From: Prorocentrum cordatum
Lineage: Eukaryota
DNA: 64,000 nucleotides
Reading direction: 5' to 3'
Assembly: GCA_963575745.1 (NCBI GenBank)
Contig: CAUYUJ010000026.1
Coordinates: forward strand, 186,001-250,000
Notes under the pieces: model-generated
Told to the model about the DNA's origin: nothing
The model's database searches: none
What the model saw: only the letters and a program-made list of their open reading frames with translations
In this document: one piece after another, positions 25,261 to 37,766 of the stretch
Layout: the number at the start of each line of letters is the position of its first letter
How positions within the stretch are numbered: position 1 is the first letter of the stretch
Position numbers and translations under genes: made by a program

Positions 25261-26036
25261 CGATCAAAGAAGGGGGAGGAAGGCCAACATGTGGCCAACC
25301 TATGGTTAAATCAAGAAGTCTGGATTCCTCGCCGGGAGCATCTTGTACGCTCCAACGCTTCGCGAAACGCCCCCTCCAAACCCAGGGGAGTGGGGAGGGG
25401 GATGATTTGAGACACCCTCCCTGCCCGCAAGCCGTCTCGCTCACTCCCGCTCGCCCTCCCAACACATCAGCAGCACCCGAGCCGCAGCATGTTCAGCGGT
25501 CGTCTTTGGACGGACAGCCAATGGGGACCAGAGTAGATCTCACGTGCGCAACGCTGGGGCGAGGTGCACCACGCGTGCCAGGCGCGCCCCGCGCGCCAGG
25601 TGCGGCAGGCACCCTGGTGTCCCAAGCGTGCCAGGCACGCCTGGAGCGCCAGGTGCGCCACGCGATTGATTGACGTGCGCCGTGTGTGCCGCATGCTCCA
25701 GCCGCGCCAGGTGCGCCACGTTCGGAGCACGCGCAGAGTGTGCAGTGTGCCAGGTCCGCTTGCGTACATGGCAGTGCACATTGGGAAGCGTGTCGAGCCC
25801 CGCCATCCTTGTCGAAAACGGGTGCGCAGTCGCGGCGGGGTGGCCATCACAGTGTCTGGTGGGCCTGCACACAGCAGGCAATATGCCAGCACCACCGCCG
25901 CCCCAATCAAAAACCAATGAGCTGTGATTGCGGAATGCCCGCGCATGATCCAGAGTTTGCCTCGAAGTGCATTGAGTATTCTTTTGTCTTGAGTATTGCA
26001 ATGCTGGCCTTGGGCATTATGCGGGCACCCCTGCCG

Positions 26037-26133
26037 TCCCTGTCAACAAAAATATGAAATGCTCGCGGCCCGCCCGATCATGACCCAAGACTTTGCCCCG
26101 AAGTGGTCTTCACAATATTTTTGTTGACAGGGA
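26037..26133. repeat. Perfect 19-bp inverted repeat around a 59-bp loop (mini-MITE or hairpin)
   Basis: TCCCTGTCAACAAAAATAT (26037-26055) and ATATTTTTGTTGACAGGGA (26115-26133). Confidence 0.85.
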
Positions 26134-27283
26134 TGGAGGGGGGATCCTCATTGGTCCTGGTTGGCTACCGGTCGCATGGTGGAGGGGGTGCTTATTCATA
26201 GTGAACAGTGATACACCCCTCTCTGGAGGGGGTGAAGGAAAGATGGAAGAGGAAGCTCTCTAAACCACTCACGCCTAAAAGGGCTGGTGGGATTTCCCAG
26301 ACATCCTGTGTGGTTGGGTTTCTTGTGGAAGGTTTCTTGTGGTCCAGCTCCTACTTTAGCGACCCCCCTGTCCATGTCGGCACACCGCTTGCACGCTGCT
26401 TGGCCCCATTCAGGAGCTCCACCCTGTGTGAGACACCGCGCAGCGCGGCTCCGTGCAGCATACATCGGGCACACCGGATGAGAAGCTGGCCTGCCAATGG
26501 GTGCCCCACGAGATAGTTTCTTCCAGTCGGCCCGGATTAGTAGGTCGACCCTGCCAAGTCAAAGGTACCCTTGTGTCCTGTGCCTCGCGGCCCATGCTTC
26601 CTACACTCCTGTGGCAACGTGGCCCTCGGAAGGGTCTTGTGTAGCGACACGGGGAAGCCCTGCCTTGCCCCGCCTGGCTGCCGCACGAGTGCTCAGCCGC
26701 CCTCCTGCTCTCGCTCGCTTCCGACTCCGCCGCGCCGCTGCGCGCGCAGACGCGGCGCCCAGAATGGTTCGTTTCGTTCTTCCTCCCTCAGACATCCAGG
26801 GTCTTGAACGAAGGCCATGAGAAGGTTTTTCATGGTTTCCAGGCTCCGGGGGTCCTCCCCGGGCCCCGGGGCCGTCAGGGAACCATGGAGCGCTTCGGGA
26901 TGAAACGTTGGCCCTGGGGAAAGGGACGGGGCCTCTAGGGACCCCGTTTTGAAAAAGGTTCAGGAATCAGATACTTTGGTCGATCTGTGCGGGTGGGCTT
27001 CAAATAGATAGTAAGACATTGCGCCATGAGGTTCGAGGTCTTCTCGACGAACCGACATTTTGTGTCTGTCTGGGGCCGTCGGGCTGTAATCTATGGGCCT
27101 CTTCGGGGCTGGCATGATGCTCTTTGTGGGGCCGTCGTGGAGTTTTACTACAGGCAACATGCGTTATATCGAAGAATGTAGGGCTCTCTTGGAGACGCAA
27201 CAGCAGCAGCATCCGCAGTTCGAGGAGGAGTGGGAGAGGGATGAGGAGGAGCACAGTGGCTGCCTGCTTGCGCAATGCAGCAG

Positions 27284-27363
27284 GGGGCCTGGACTTCGGC
27301 GGCTGCGCTTACAACGTCGGGAGCGACAATGTGATGTATAAAAGCGACGGCGACCCCCTCGAG
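27284..27363 (+). CDS. Candidate exon of the giant Ser/Thr protein gene (Cys-containing N-terminal module)
   Basis: GLDFGGCAYNVGSDNVMYKSDGDPLE ends at GAG|GT in phase 0, compatible with the exon at 28005. The 5' boundary is uncertain. Confidence 0.45.
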
Positions 27364-28004
27364 GTGGGCGCGGCTCGGCCATTGTCTCTCCATCCCCAGC
27401 GATATTCACCACTTTCGCTCTCGACGATATCCGTCGGTCTGGATGGGTTGCCCATCCCATTCCGATCCAGCCCACCAGTCTTCCAGCGCATGCTCGCATG
27501 AGGCCCCTCCACCCCCTGAGAGAGTTGTTTGTAGATATTTGCGTCCGTAACATCCGTTACCGGGGACGTGCCCCCCCCCCCCACACACACCTTCCGTAAC
27601 GGTACCGAGCGTACGCGTGGGTGGTGCTAGTGTTGTGCTTGTGTTGTGCACACAGGCGTGTTGTTGTGTTGGGTCCCCCCTGGTTCGTGGAGGAAAGAGT
27701 TTGGCAATTTCTGCCTGTCCAAGGTGCGTTAGAAAGCGTTCTCTTGGAGATTGGAAGAGGAAGCGCTCCAAACCATTGACGCGTTGAATGGCTGATGGGA
27801 TTTCCTTCACGTTCAATATGGACACCGACGCGACCTCCAAAGGTCATCCCATGACATGCGTACCTTGCCTGTGCAGATGGCCGTATGTTTTCTTGGCATA
27901 CGTTCTTTTCTTGGCTTACTGTCGCGCGGAGAAAAATCGAGCGAGCGGGAGGGCAAGTGGGCGCGAGTGAAGACGCACTTCGCGCAGCGGTTTGGCGGCC
28001 CCAG

Positions 28005-28220
28005 GTGTCCTCCAACTTCCAATACATTTGTCTCGGTGCGACCACCTCTTCCACCAGTGCCTCATCCTCGTCGACCTTCGCCACCACATCTGCGACTTCA
28101 GTCACTGCAACGAGCTTCTCGGCCACAACGACGACCACGGCCACCGCAACGGTCACAACAGACTCGGCCACGACTACCACAACGGCCACAACAACAGCCA
28201 CGTCCACCACAACCAGCACG
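28005..28220 (+). CDS. Exon of the giant Ser/Thr-rich protein gene (VSSNFQYICLG then a Thr/Ser/Ala-rich stretch)
   Basis: CCAG|G acceptor, 72 open codons with mixed synonymous Thr/Ser codons, and an ACG|GC donor in phase 0 matching the acceptor at 45160. Confidence 0.6.
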
Positions 28221-28715
28221 GCAGCCAGCATGAGGATGAGGATGAGATATTCACCTGACGGCTGGATCCCATGCGGTTATCGAGTTTGAGGGTTTGTAGG
28301 TTATTTCGCTCTGGTGATTCAGTGTCTTTCCGTATGGTCCTCTCTGTGTCAGTTCGGTTTGTGTGGCGTCCCCAGTTGGCGTGACGAGTTTCTGATTTGC
28401 ATGGTGATTGAGGCCGAGCTGAGTGGAGATCTGTGGTCGTGCTCCCTTCCGACCCTTCTTCTTGAAAACGTTTACCAGCGCAGACGCCAGGCAGAGGTGC
28501 TTGTTTGTCGTGTTGCGCTGTTTTTTTGTGGTATGCAGTTTTTGGGGAAGGACTTACGGCCGGTGCCGCCGACCCTGAAGGGGTTCGACGACGACGGCGG
28601 CGGCGACGGCGACGCTGACGCTCTGGAGCCCTTCTTGGGGCTCTGTTGGGAGCCTCTTAGGTTCCGTCGGGGGGGATCTTGGGAACCTGGGAAGCAGCAG
28701 ATAAGAGTTGGGGTG

Positions 28716-28890
28716 TCCCAGAGGAGGGGGGGGGGGCGGTGGCCCCCTTTGTCAAAACGGGGGATGCGGGGGGAGGTGTCCTGAGTCCTGGGATCCCCCA
28801 GTCGACAGAAAATCACCCCCCTGTCTCCCGTGTCTACAGGGGGCCCCCCCCCTGGGGGGAGGTCACGACCTCCGGGCCCCCCTCTTGGGA
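28716..28890. mobile_element. Probable MITE with TCCCA(A)GAGG(A)GGGG ends
   Basis: TCCCAGAGGAGGGGG ... CCCCCCTCTTGGGA imperfect IR. No clear TSD. Confidence 0.45.
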
Positions 28891-29218
28891 CTCTTCCAGT
28901 CGTGTGATTGCCACGTTGTTTGAACAGGACGTTGTTTGATACCCGTCTGGCTTTACCGCTTGATAAGGAGGGCCCAGGGAAAGGGGGGGAGCCGCGACGG
29001 CGATGACGACTCAAACAGTGCAAACATCTTGCACATGCTGACAGAGTCGGCACATCTGGTGCAACGCATGTGTTGCAAGCCGAAGGCTGCAAGCCATGCG
29101 AAGCAACCAATGTGGCGCAATTGATGATACGACACGGTGCACTCATATGTGCATATGTCTACATCGGTTGTATGTGTTTCAATATGTGGGCGCCAGCTTT
29201 TTGCTGCTGGCGGTCTGT

Positions 29219-29241
29219 TAGTAGTTGTAGTAGTAGTAGAA

Positions 29242-29305
<64 letters not shown>

Positions 29306-29335
29306 CAGTAGTAGTAGTAGTAGTAGTAGTAGTAA

Positions 29336-29408
<73 letters not shown>

Positions 29409-29421
29409 CGTAGTAGTAGTA

Positions 29422-29476
<55 letters not shown>

Positions 29477-29477
29477 T

Positions 29478-29523
<46 letters not shown>

Positions 29524-29524
29524 C

Positions 29525-29569
<45 letters not shown>

Positions 29570-29687
29570 CGTAGTCGTAGTAGTAGTAATAGTAGTAGTT
29601 GTAGTCGTTGTAGTACAGGCAGAAGACGTAGTAGTAGTAGTAGTCGTCGTCGTCGTCGTCGCCGCAAACGTATGACTAGTCGTAGCG

Positions 29688-29746
<59 letters not shown>

Positions 29747-29838
29747 TGTAGTAGTAATAGTAGTAGTAGTAGTAGAAGTAGAAGTAGAAGTAGAAGTAGT
29801 ATCAGTAGTAGTAGTAGTAGAAGTAGAAGAAGAAGTAA

Positions 29839-29881
<43 letters not shown>

Positions 29882-29945
29882 CGTAGTAGTAATAGTATTT
29901 ATAGTGGTAGTAGTAGTGGTGGTACCAGTTGTTGTTGTACTGGGT

Positions 29946-29990
<45 letters not shown>

Positions 29991-30013
29991 AGAAGTAGTA
30001 GTAAGAAGTAGTA

Positions 30014-30052
<39 letters not shown>

Positions 30053-30362
30053 CGTAGTAGTAGTCGTAGTAGTAGTCGTAGTAGTAGTAGTAGAAGCACT
30101 AGTAGTAATAGTCGTAGTCCCACTCGTAGCAGTCGCATTATCCGTAGCGTGGTCGTCATAGCAGGCGTTGAAGTGGTGTTAGGAGCAGTATGGTTGGTCG
30201 TCGTACTTGTCGTCCGCGTGTCGTTGTAGTAGTAGCAGTAGTTGTAGCAGTATCAGTGCTAGTAGTAGTGGTAAGCGTAGTCGTACCAGTAGCAATGGTA
30301 GCAGTAGTAGTACTACAAGTCGTAGTAGCAGCAGAAGAAGTAGCAGCAGTAGTAACCATATC

Positions 30363-30417
<55 letters not shown>

Positions 30418-30897
30418 ATAGCAGCAGCAGTCTGTAGTTGTAGTCGTAGTCGAACCATAGTAGTTAGTAGTCAGTGTAGTAGGTAGTAGAGTATTAGTTA
30501 GTAGTCGTAGTAGTCGTAGTAGTAGTAGTAGTGTAGTAGTTAGTAGTAGTAGCATAGCCATATACCATTAGTACTAGAAAGTCGTCGAGTTGTATTAGTA
30601 ACAGTGAGTAGTAGTAGTAGTAGTAGTAGTAGTCGTAGTCGTTCTGTAGTAGTAGTAGTAGAAGTAGTAGTAGTAGTATTAGTAGTAGTAGTAGTAGTAC
30701 TGTTAGTAGTAGTAATAGTAGTAGTAGTAGTGTAGTAGTAGTAGTAGTCGTAGTCGTTAGTCGTAGGTCGTAGTCGTAGTAGTCGTAGTCGTAGTAGTAG
30801 TCGGCGTCGTAGTAGTAGTAGTAGTAGTAGTAGTAGTCGTCGTAGTCGTAGTCGTAGTCGTAGTCGTAGCCGTAGTAGTAGTCGTAGTAGTAGTCGT

Positions 30898-30943
<46 letters not shown>

Positions 30944-31026
30944 CAGTAATCGTAGCAGTAGTAGTCGTCGTCGTAGTAGTAGTAGTCGTCGTAGTAGTAG
31001 TCGTGGTAGTAGTAATCGTGGTAGTT

Positions 31027-31078
<52 letters not shown>

Positions 31079-31315
31079 AAATCGTAGTAGTAGTAGTAGT
31101 TAGTAGTAGTAGTAGGATAGCCGTAGTAAGTAGTAGTTAGTAGAGCAGTAGAAAGTCGTAGTAGTAGTAGTAGTAGGCGTAGTAGTGTCGTCGTCGTCGT
31201 CGTCGACGTCGTCGTCGTCGTCGTTGTCGTCTTCGTAGTCGTAGTCGTAGTTCTTGTTGTAGTAGTACCAGTTGTAGCAGTATTAGTCGTCTTCGTCGTC
31301 GTTGTCGTCCCCGTA

Positions 31316-31363
<48 letters not shown>

Positions 31364-31385
31364 TAGTAGTTGTAGTAGTAGTAGT

Positions 31386-31417
<32 letters not shown>

Positions 31418-31426
31418 TACTAGTAC

Positions 31427-31466
<40 letters not shown>

Positions 31467-31710
31467 CGTTGTCGTCGTCGTCGTCGTCGACGTCGTCGTC
31501 GTCGTCGTCGTCGTCTTCGTAGTCGTAGTCGTAGTTCTTGTTGTAGTAGTACCAGTTGTAGCAGTATTAGTCGTCTTCGTCGTCGTTGTCGTCCCCGTAG
31601 TCGCAGGAACAATAGTAAGAGTAGCAGCAGCAGCGGTAGAAGAAGAAGAAGAAGAGTAGCGACAGTAGAGGCAGCAGTCGCAGCAGTAACAAAGTCGCAG
31701 TTGTAGTAGA
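29219..31710 (+). repeat. ~2.5-kb (GTA)n/(GTC)n microsatellite field
   Basis: Directly visible. Includes an internal duplicated block (31186-31315 vs 31468-31597). Confidence 0.95.
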
Positions 31711-32914
31711 AGCCCATATTGCGCACGAGGCAGGCACGAGGCGGGCATGGACGCCCCCGTGCCGAAACCTTGGCGCACCAGCCAGGAGGAGGAGGAGGAG
31801 GAGGAGGAGGAGGAGGTGCGTGGATCCTACGATGTCACACGCACCTGGTTTCCGTGGGGTGTTTCCACAGGCTGTATCCCGATCCAGGGTTCCTCCTCTT
31901 TGAGGCGAGGGCAGTCTGGACTGTGAGCCTCTTCGCTTGCCACTTGCCTGCGCCCTGCTGCGGGGTGAACAACCGCCTGATCGCCAAGGTCGCCCACAGT
32001 GGCGGCAAGATGATAATGCTTCGAGCCCGGCGGCTGTGGCCGCAAAGCTGCATCTCTCCAGGACGGTGTCGCGAGGGCGCGAAGAAGACCGCGCGTCGCG
32101 CTCTGTGGCCCGCCAGGTCACGAGGCCGAGTGGCTTAGGATCGCCCGCCACCTGTGCGCCAGAGGCGGGGCAGCGGACCGTATCCGACCGCAGTCCTTGT
32201 GACCCTGGAGCGTTGATGAAGATGGTGGCGTCGGGATCGTAGCGCTCCGACAGTGAAAACGGGCGAGGCTGAGAGCGTGGTGAGCGTTCGGAAGGGTGGG
32301 CGAGAGAACGAGGAGGCTCTCGCTAACTTTGGAGGGCGCTGGTGGAACCACAGCTCGAGAGCATGACTCGAGAGAGCTGGTGGACAATTCAACGTCTGAT
32401 CAACGAGCGTGAGTCCAAGAGCTGTCGTTGCCGTAAGTCGCCGCGGTGGGGCTCGGCCCGTGGGGCCTGGGAATCTTGAGGGCCACGGCGGTGTTCGATC
32501 GCGGGTTCGGCCCCGCCCCGCAAGCGAGGGAGCCAGGCTACGATAGGGAGCCAGTCTACGATAGGAAGCCATAGCCAGGTTTCGTTTCTTTCTTCCTTCG
32601 TTGTCCTCGTTCCCTCCTATCTGGAAAGCTCCTGCACGGTAGAGACCCCTTCCAATCAATTGGAATGCTGACTGTTTTCTTAATCCGAGCTGCACGTCGT
32701 TGCCTTTCCTAGCCCTCAAGAGAAATGAGCCTGGCGAAGGACACAACCATATGCAGTTGTGAGGACAGTCGTTTTGACCATCGCCCTCAGTGGATCTCCG
32801 TATGGGGCCACGAGGCGCGTGCATGGTGAGTCGAAATATGGCGGGGCCACCGTGCTGGCGCTGCCATAGGGGCATTCGAGCAAACATGTGAGAGGTTCGC
32901 CGAGATGAGCGCTG

Positions 32915-34475
32915 TTACTGGGGCCTTCCGTGGAGCGCGCTATGGCATAGCCCTATAGGGTCACGAAACATGTGATGGGGTTGCTGGAATGCAAGGTGGA
33001 ATCGATTGCGGACGCTGCCACTGGGGCCTTCGATGGAGCTCCTGGGTCATGAAGCGTGTGAGGGGTGCTCCGAAGTGAGGTCGGAACCGCATGCGGGCGC
33101 TGCCAATGTGGCCTTCGTTGGAGCTCCTTATGGGGCCACGAAACCTGTGAGGGTTGCACCGAAACGGAGGGTGTAACAGCATGCGTGCACTGCCACTGGG
33201 GCATCCGGTGGAGCTCCCTATGGGGCCACGAAGCGTGTGAGGGTTGCACCGGAGTGGCGGTAAGAGCCGCATGCGGGCGCTGCCACAGGGGCCTGAGGTG
33301 GAGCACGCTATGGGGGCACGAAGCGTGTGAGGGGTGTGCCGACATAGAGGGTGGCACCCCATGCGGGCGTTGCCGCTGGGGCCTTCGGTGGAGCTCCTCT
33401 GGATGGGGTGGAACTGCATGCGGGCGCTGCCGCTGGGGCCTTCGATGCTGGAGCTCCCTGTGGGGTCACGAAGGGTGTGAGGGTTGTACCGAAATGGAGG
33501 GTTGAACGGCATGCGGGCGCTGCCACAAGGGCCTTCTGTGGGGCAACGAAGCGTGTGAATTGTGCATCGAAATTGGAGTGTAGCTGCATGCGGGCGCTGC
33601 CACTGGGGCCTTCGGTGGAGCTCACTACGGAGCCACGAAGCGTGTGAGGGGTGCACCGAGCTTTGGGTGGAACTGCATGCGGGCGCTGCCACTGGGGCCT
33701 GAGGTGGAGCACGCTATGGGGCCACGAAGCGTGTGAGGGGTGTGCCGACATGGAAGGTGGAACCGCGTTCGGGCGCTGCCACTGGGGCCCTCGATGGAGC
33801 TTCCATGGGGCAACGAAGCGTGTGAGGGGTGTGCTGACATGGAGGGTGTAGCAGCATGCGGGCGTTGCCACTGGGGCCTTCGGTGGAGCTCCCTATCGGT
33901 CATGAAGCGTGTGAGGGGTTCTCCGAAATGAGGTTGGAACCACATGTGGGCGCTGCCACTGTAGCCTTCGGTTGAGCTCCCTATGAGGCCACGAAGCGTG
34001 CGAGGGGTGTGCCGACATGGAGGGTGGCACCACATGTGGGCGCTGCCACTGGGGCCCTCGATGGAGCTCCCCATGTGGCAACGAAGCGTGTGAGGGGTGT
34101 GCTGACATGGAGGGTGTAGCAGCGTGCGGGCGCTGCCACTGGGGCCTTCGGTGGAGCTCCCTGTTTTGGCACGAAGGGTGTGAAGGGTGTGCTGACATAG
34201 AGGGCGTAGTAGCATGCGGGCGCTGCCGTGAGGGCCTTGGGTGAAGCTTCTAATGGGGTCATGAAGCATTTTGAGTGGTTTTCCCAAGTGGGTGTGGATC
34301 TGCATGCGAGCGCTGCCACTGGGGCGTTCGGTGGAGCTCCCTCTTGGGCCACGACGGGTGTGAGGTGTGTGCCGATATGGCGGGTGTAACAGCGTGCGGG
34401 CGCTGCCGCAGGGGGCTTCGTTGGAGCTCCCGATGGGGTCACAGAACGTGCAAGGGGTGTGCCGAAACAGTGACA
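32915..34475 (+). repeat. Tandem array of about 17 ~90-bp units (GCATGCGGGCGCTGCCACTGGGGCCTTCGGTGGAGCTCCCTATGGGGCCACGAAGCGTGTGAGGGG...)
   Basis: Regular ~90-bp period. Followed by a purine-rich spacer and CTCTTCAAAACGAGGACCCGACACCACAGGATGGTT (34560-34595). Confidence 0.95.
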
Positions 34476-34928
34476 CGCGGATGGTAAAGGCAGGGATGGG
34501 ATGGGAGGAGGAATGGGGGAGGAGGGGACAGCGGGAGGAGTGAGGTCGTGGGGGACTGTCTCTTCAAAACGAGGACCCGACACCACAGGATGGTTCGTAA
34601 AAAAAGTTTGTTTCGTGTCGACGCGGCGGTGATCCCAGCGCGGGCCGTTCAAGGCGGAACGCCGCCAGTTTCCCGGCATCGGCCGATGTTGACCTATCTG
34701 CGCTGTCGCACGGCGATCGTTCAGGGCCGGGCGATCCGCGCGGCGTCAGAGACCAGGGCACGATACATCACCACCCGAACCTGGCGTAATGACGCGCTCA
34801 GCCTCACAACCCGAAGGACCTCTTGGGGCCTGACCGGGGAGTCTTGGGGTCTCCTGGCGGCCTGGGAGGTCATATTGGGGCGGAGAGCGCGACATGCCCG
34901 TCTTTGGCCGTCTTCGGGATGTTTCTTG

Positions 34929-35104
34929 TGTCTTCAGTCTCGTGAGGGTAGGTGCCAGGACTGGAAGTACTTCTAGAGGAGAGGGGACGGCACGGCGGAG
35001 AGGTGACACACAACGAGAGTCTTGCGCACACTCAAGCCAGAGGCTAAGCACGGAGAGAGCAGGGGAGGGACGACGACGAGGCGAAGACGAGGCGATGGGG
35101 GACA
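34929..35104 (-). repeat. 3' LTR
   Basis: Aligns with 44048-44221 at roughly 85% identity by eye. Confidence 0.9.
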
Positions 35105-35349
35105 GCGGGCCAAACTGAAGCGTGCTTAGCCCCCGCTCGGACGCGTCTGGCCTGGTCGAACTCTACGTAGACTGGCTCGGTCTCCTCCTTCTCCTCCTCT
35201 ACTCCCTCGCCTTCCCTCTACTTCGGTGGCGCCAGCGCGGGGGACCTGCACCTGGTCAGGGGGGAGACCCCGATCATCCCCTTCATCTCGCCTGTGGGCT
35301 TCTAAGAGGGCCCAGCGCGAGGCCCCACGGGAACAGGATTTAAGCGACA

Positions 35350-37050
35350 CTAATGTGGCCACCCTCGTCAACCAGGCACAAGGTGCCACGACGAATCATG
35401 TCGTGCAAAGCAGTGTTCCCCTCTCCGGGGTCAGCGTGGGTCAACGGGTCGGCTGGCATTGTCCCTCTAGCTCCACGGAGTTCCGCCGGCCGTGTTACGT
35501 GTCATCGTGTCGATCACGCTCCCGACACCCACTGCCGAAATCGCACTGGCCTTCTCACCGAGGGAGCAGCTCTGTGACAAGATCACAGCAAACGGCGAGG
35601 CGATGGACTGCCAATCTGGGCGAGGCACGACGCCATGGACGACATCGCGCCACAGCACTTGAAGCCACCGTGCCTTAGTAACAGCACTACTCAGACTCAG
35701 GGTTTCGCCCGCGACAGTCGAAGCAGCAACTCGTTTCAAACGTCGGGACCGCCAGGAAAGGAGGGACACCGGGAACCGAACGTTGTCCCGAATATTGGCG
35801 GCGTCCGAGGCCATCACCAGCCAGGCCCCTTGGGCCCCTCCACGCTTCGCGCTCCCTGGACCTCCTGCGTCAGAGGCGGTCGCAAAGAGAGAGAGAGAGA
35901 GAGAGTGCGGTCAAGCGGGGCCCCACTTGGTCAGGCGCTGAGCCGCCGTTCACCTTGAGGCATCTGCATATCTTGATCAGCATCAAACCATCGGCGATCG
36001 TGGGATGGGGCATCGCAGACGCGAGCAACGAGGCTCCTCCAGCCACGTCTGGGCGGGACTCTCTCGCAACGCACTGGACCTGGGCCATCGCAGCTCGATG
36101 GGAACTCGTCCCAGCAGCAGAGAGGGGAGTCCCCTGCCTTCTCTTTCCAAGACTTCTCCAGGTGAAGACACGAAAGCTGTTCCAGGATATGTTCTTCTTG
36201 ATCGATGGTTACTCGATCAGGATGTTGCCTTCAGTGACGGCCGCCGTAGTCAGCCTGTTTGTCTCCTTCCATCCACCAGGGTGAAATCTCGAGGCGAGGC
36301 GCTCCCGGAACGAAGGAACGACGTCTTCGCGCCCCGCGAGCAAGAGGTCATCTACCTCGTTCAGGACGAGCCTCCATCGAGGGCTCTGAGCTTGTCGCGC
36401 TTGAGCCAGAATTAAAGCGGGCAAGTCCCTCTACAGGAGGAGTGTTCAAACATAGTCAAAACATAGTCTGGGGACGATTTCGATTATTGTTAGACTACTT
36501 TTTGCGTAGTTTCTAGCTTTCGCCCAAAATCCGTCTGCAGGGGGACATGCCCGACCTAACGCCAGAGGCAGGGCTCCAGCAACGATTCCACACACCTGGG
36601 AGAGGCGAGAGCCGGCCATACACAGGGCGCCAGAGCAGCGGGGCACCGTTGAGGCCATACACAGGGCGCCACCGGCTCTATGAGCTGGTCGGGGCCGAGC
36701 GGGGAACCCTGGCACGGCTCGACATGGAGGGCCCCGCTCGGTCGCCTTAGCCTCTCACTCTGGCAGAGCGTGTTCTCTGCGTCTGCGATGTTCAGTGTCC
36801 AGCGAGACGAGGCGACGATCTGCAAAACGACGAGGACGCTCTCGGTCTGGGGGGTCGAAGCGTAGACGCGAAGAGGTTCACCGTCTGGGTCCTGATGACC
36901 GAGCACGCACCATCTTGACTTCGCCGCTGGCTTCTCGGCCGAAAGGACTCGCACAGCTCTGGAGGAAGGCATTGCCTCCCATTCCTTGAGGTCGGCCTGC
37001 AAAACCTCTCGCCGCTTTCCGGGGGCCAGGTCCTTCCACCAGACCTCTCG
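35350..37050 (-). pseudogene. pol: Copia-type reverse transcriptase and RNase H remnant
   Basis: AKSRWCVLGHQDPD...ASTP...IADAENTLCQS...VYGLNGAPLLW...LEPCLW...EVDDLL; LLSWRSRRLKRVAASTVAGETLSLS. Confidence 0.9.
36411..36560. mobile_element. ~150-bp MITE, copy 2, inserted in the RT, 6-bp TSD GCCAGA
   Basis: GCCAGA at 36405-36410 and 36561-36566. Excision restores ...EPCLWLKR...; homologous to 10390-10539. Confidence 0.9.
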
Positions 37051-37766
37051 CCTCTGAGTCTGTCGCGCTGGGGCGCCGGCCAGAAGCGAGGGCGCCGCGT
37101 TGGAACCCTTCATATCCACAAGAGATCGGCTCGGGGAGCGGCCTCTCCAGCCGCTGCGCCCCACTCGCAGCGCCAGAGCCTGCTCCGCCTCTCCTCTCGC
37201 CGCAGGAGTGCCGACTGGAATCCTGGCTGTCCCCGGTGCCAGTCGAGGCCTCGGCCTCGGGGCCCGTCGGCTGCTCGTAGAGGTTCGACGCCTCGGTTTC
37301 CCGCTCTCCTCCTCCTCCTCCTCCTCCTCCTCCTCCTCCTCCTCCTCCTGCTCCTCCTCCTCCTCCTCCTCGATCGACTGCGCTGCCGAGCTCCCGCGGT
37401 CGAGGCCTTGCGACGGGGCTGGCCTGGACCCGGCGGCCCCTCGGGACCGAGATCGGACGTCCCAGGCCGATCCCGGGCAGCACGGAAGGGGAAAGGCAGC
37501 GGGCGCAGCTGGCGCCGGGGGAGGCGAGCCTGGACCAATCGCAGACACGAGCCCGCGGATGCCTCGCGGCACGGTGGGCTCGGGAGAGCCAGCCTCCTCG
37601 ACCGACGTCAGCCAGCCTCACTCTCCGAGAGGGGGGTTCCTCGGCGCTGGCGGCAGGGGGCGCGGCGCTGGCGGACGGCGGACGAGGCGAGTCGGACCCG
37701 CTCGCCGGGGTCGAGGAGTCAGTCAGCCCAAGAGACCAGTCAAGATGTCGACCGATCCGACGGGAT

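Noticed and set aside
11805..31710. Poly-V/S/T/Y/L/H/D ORFs across triplet tracts
   Set aside because: Pure microsatellite translations without synonymous codon variation.
2200..32060. Other protein-like fragments (2210-2340, 5620-5810, 15170-15330, 22140-22240, 23090-23140, 31815-32030)
   Set aside because: Possibly real exons, but no recognisable domain or confident splice boundaries, so they were not called.
33065..34487. Cys-rich CxxC 30-aa repeat ORFs resembling zinc fingers
   Set aside because: Translation of the 90-bp satellite. The frames are broken repeatedly by stops and indels.
36400..36413. Second SL relic on the minus strand (CTTGAGCCAGAAT)
   Set aside because: A mismatched chance product of the MITE/RT junction.
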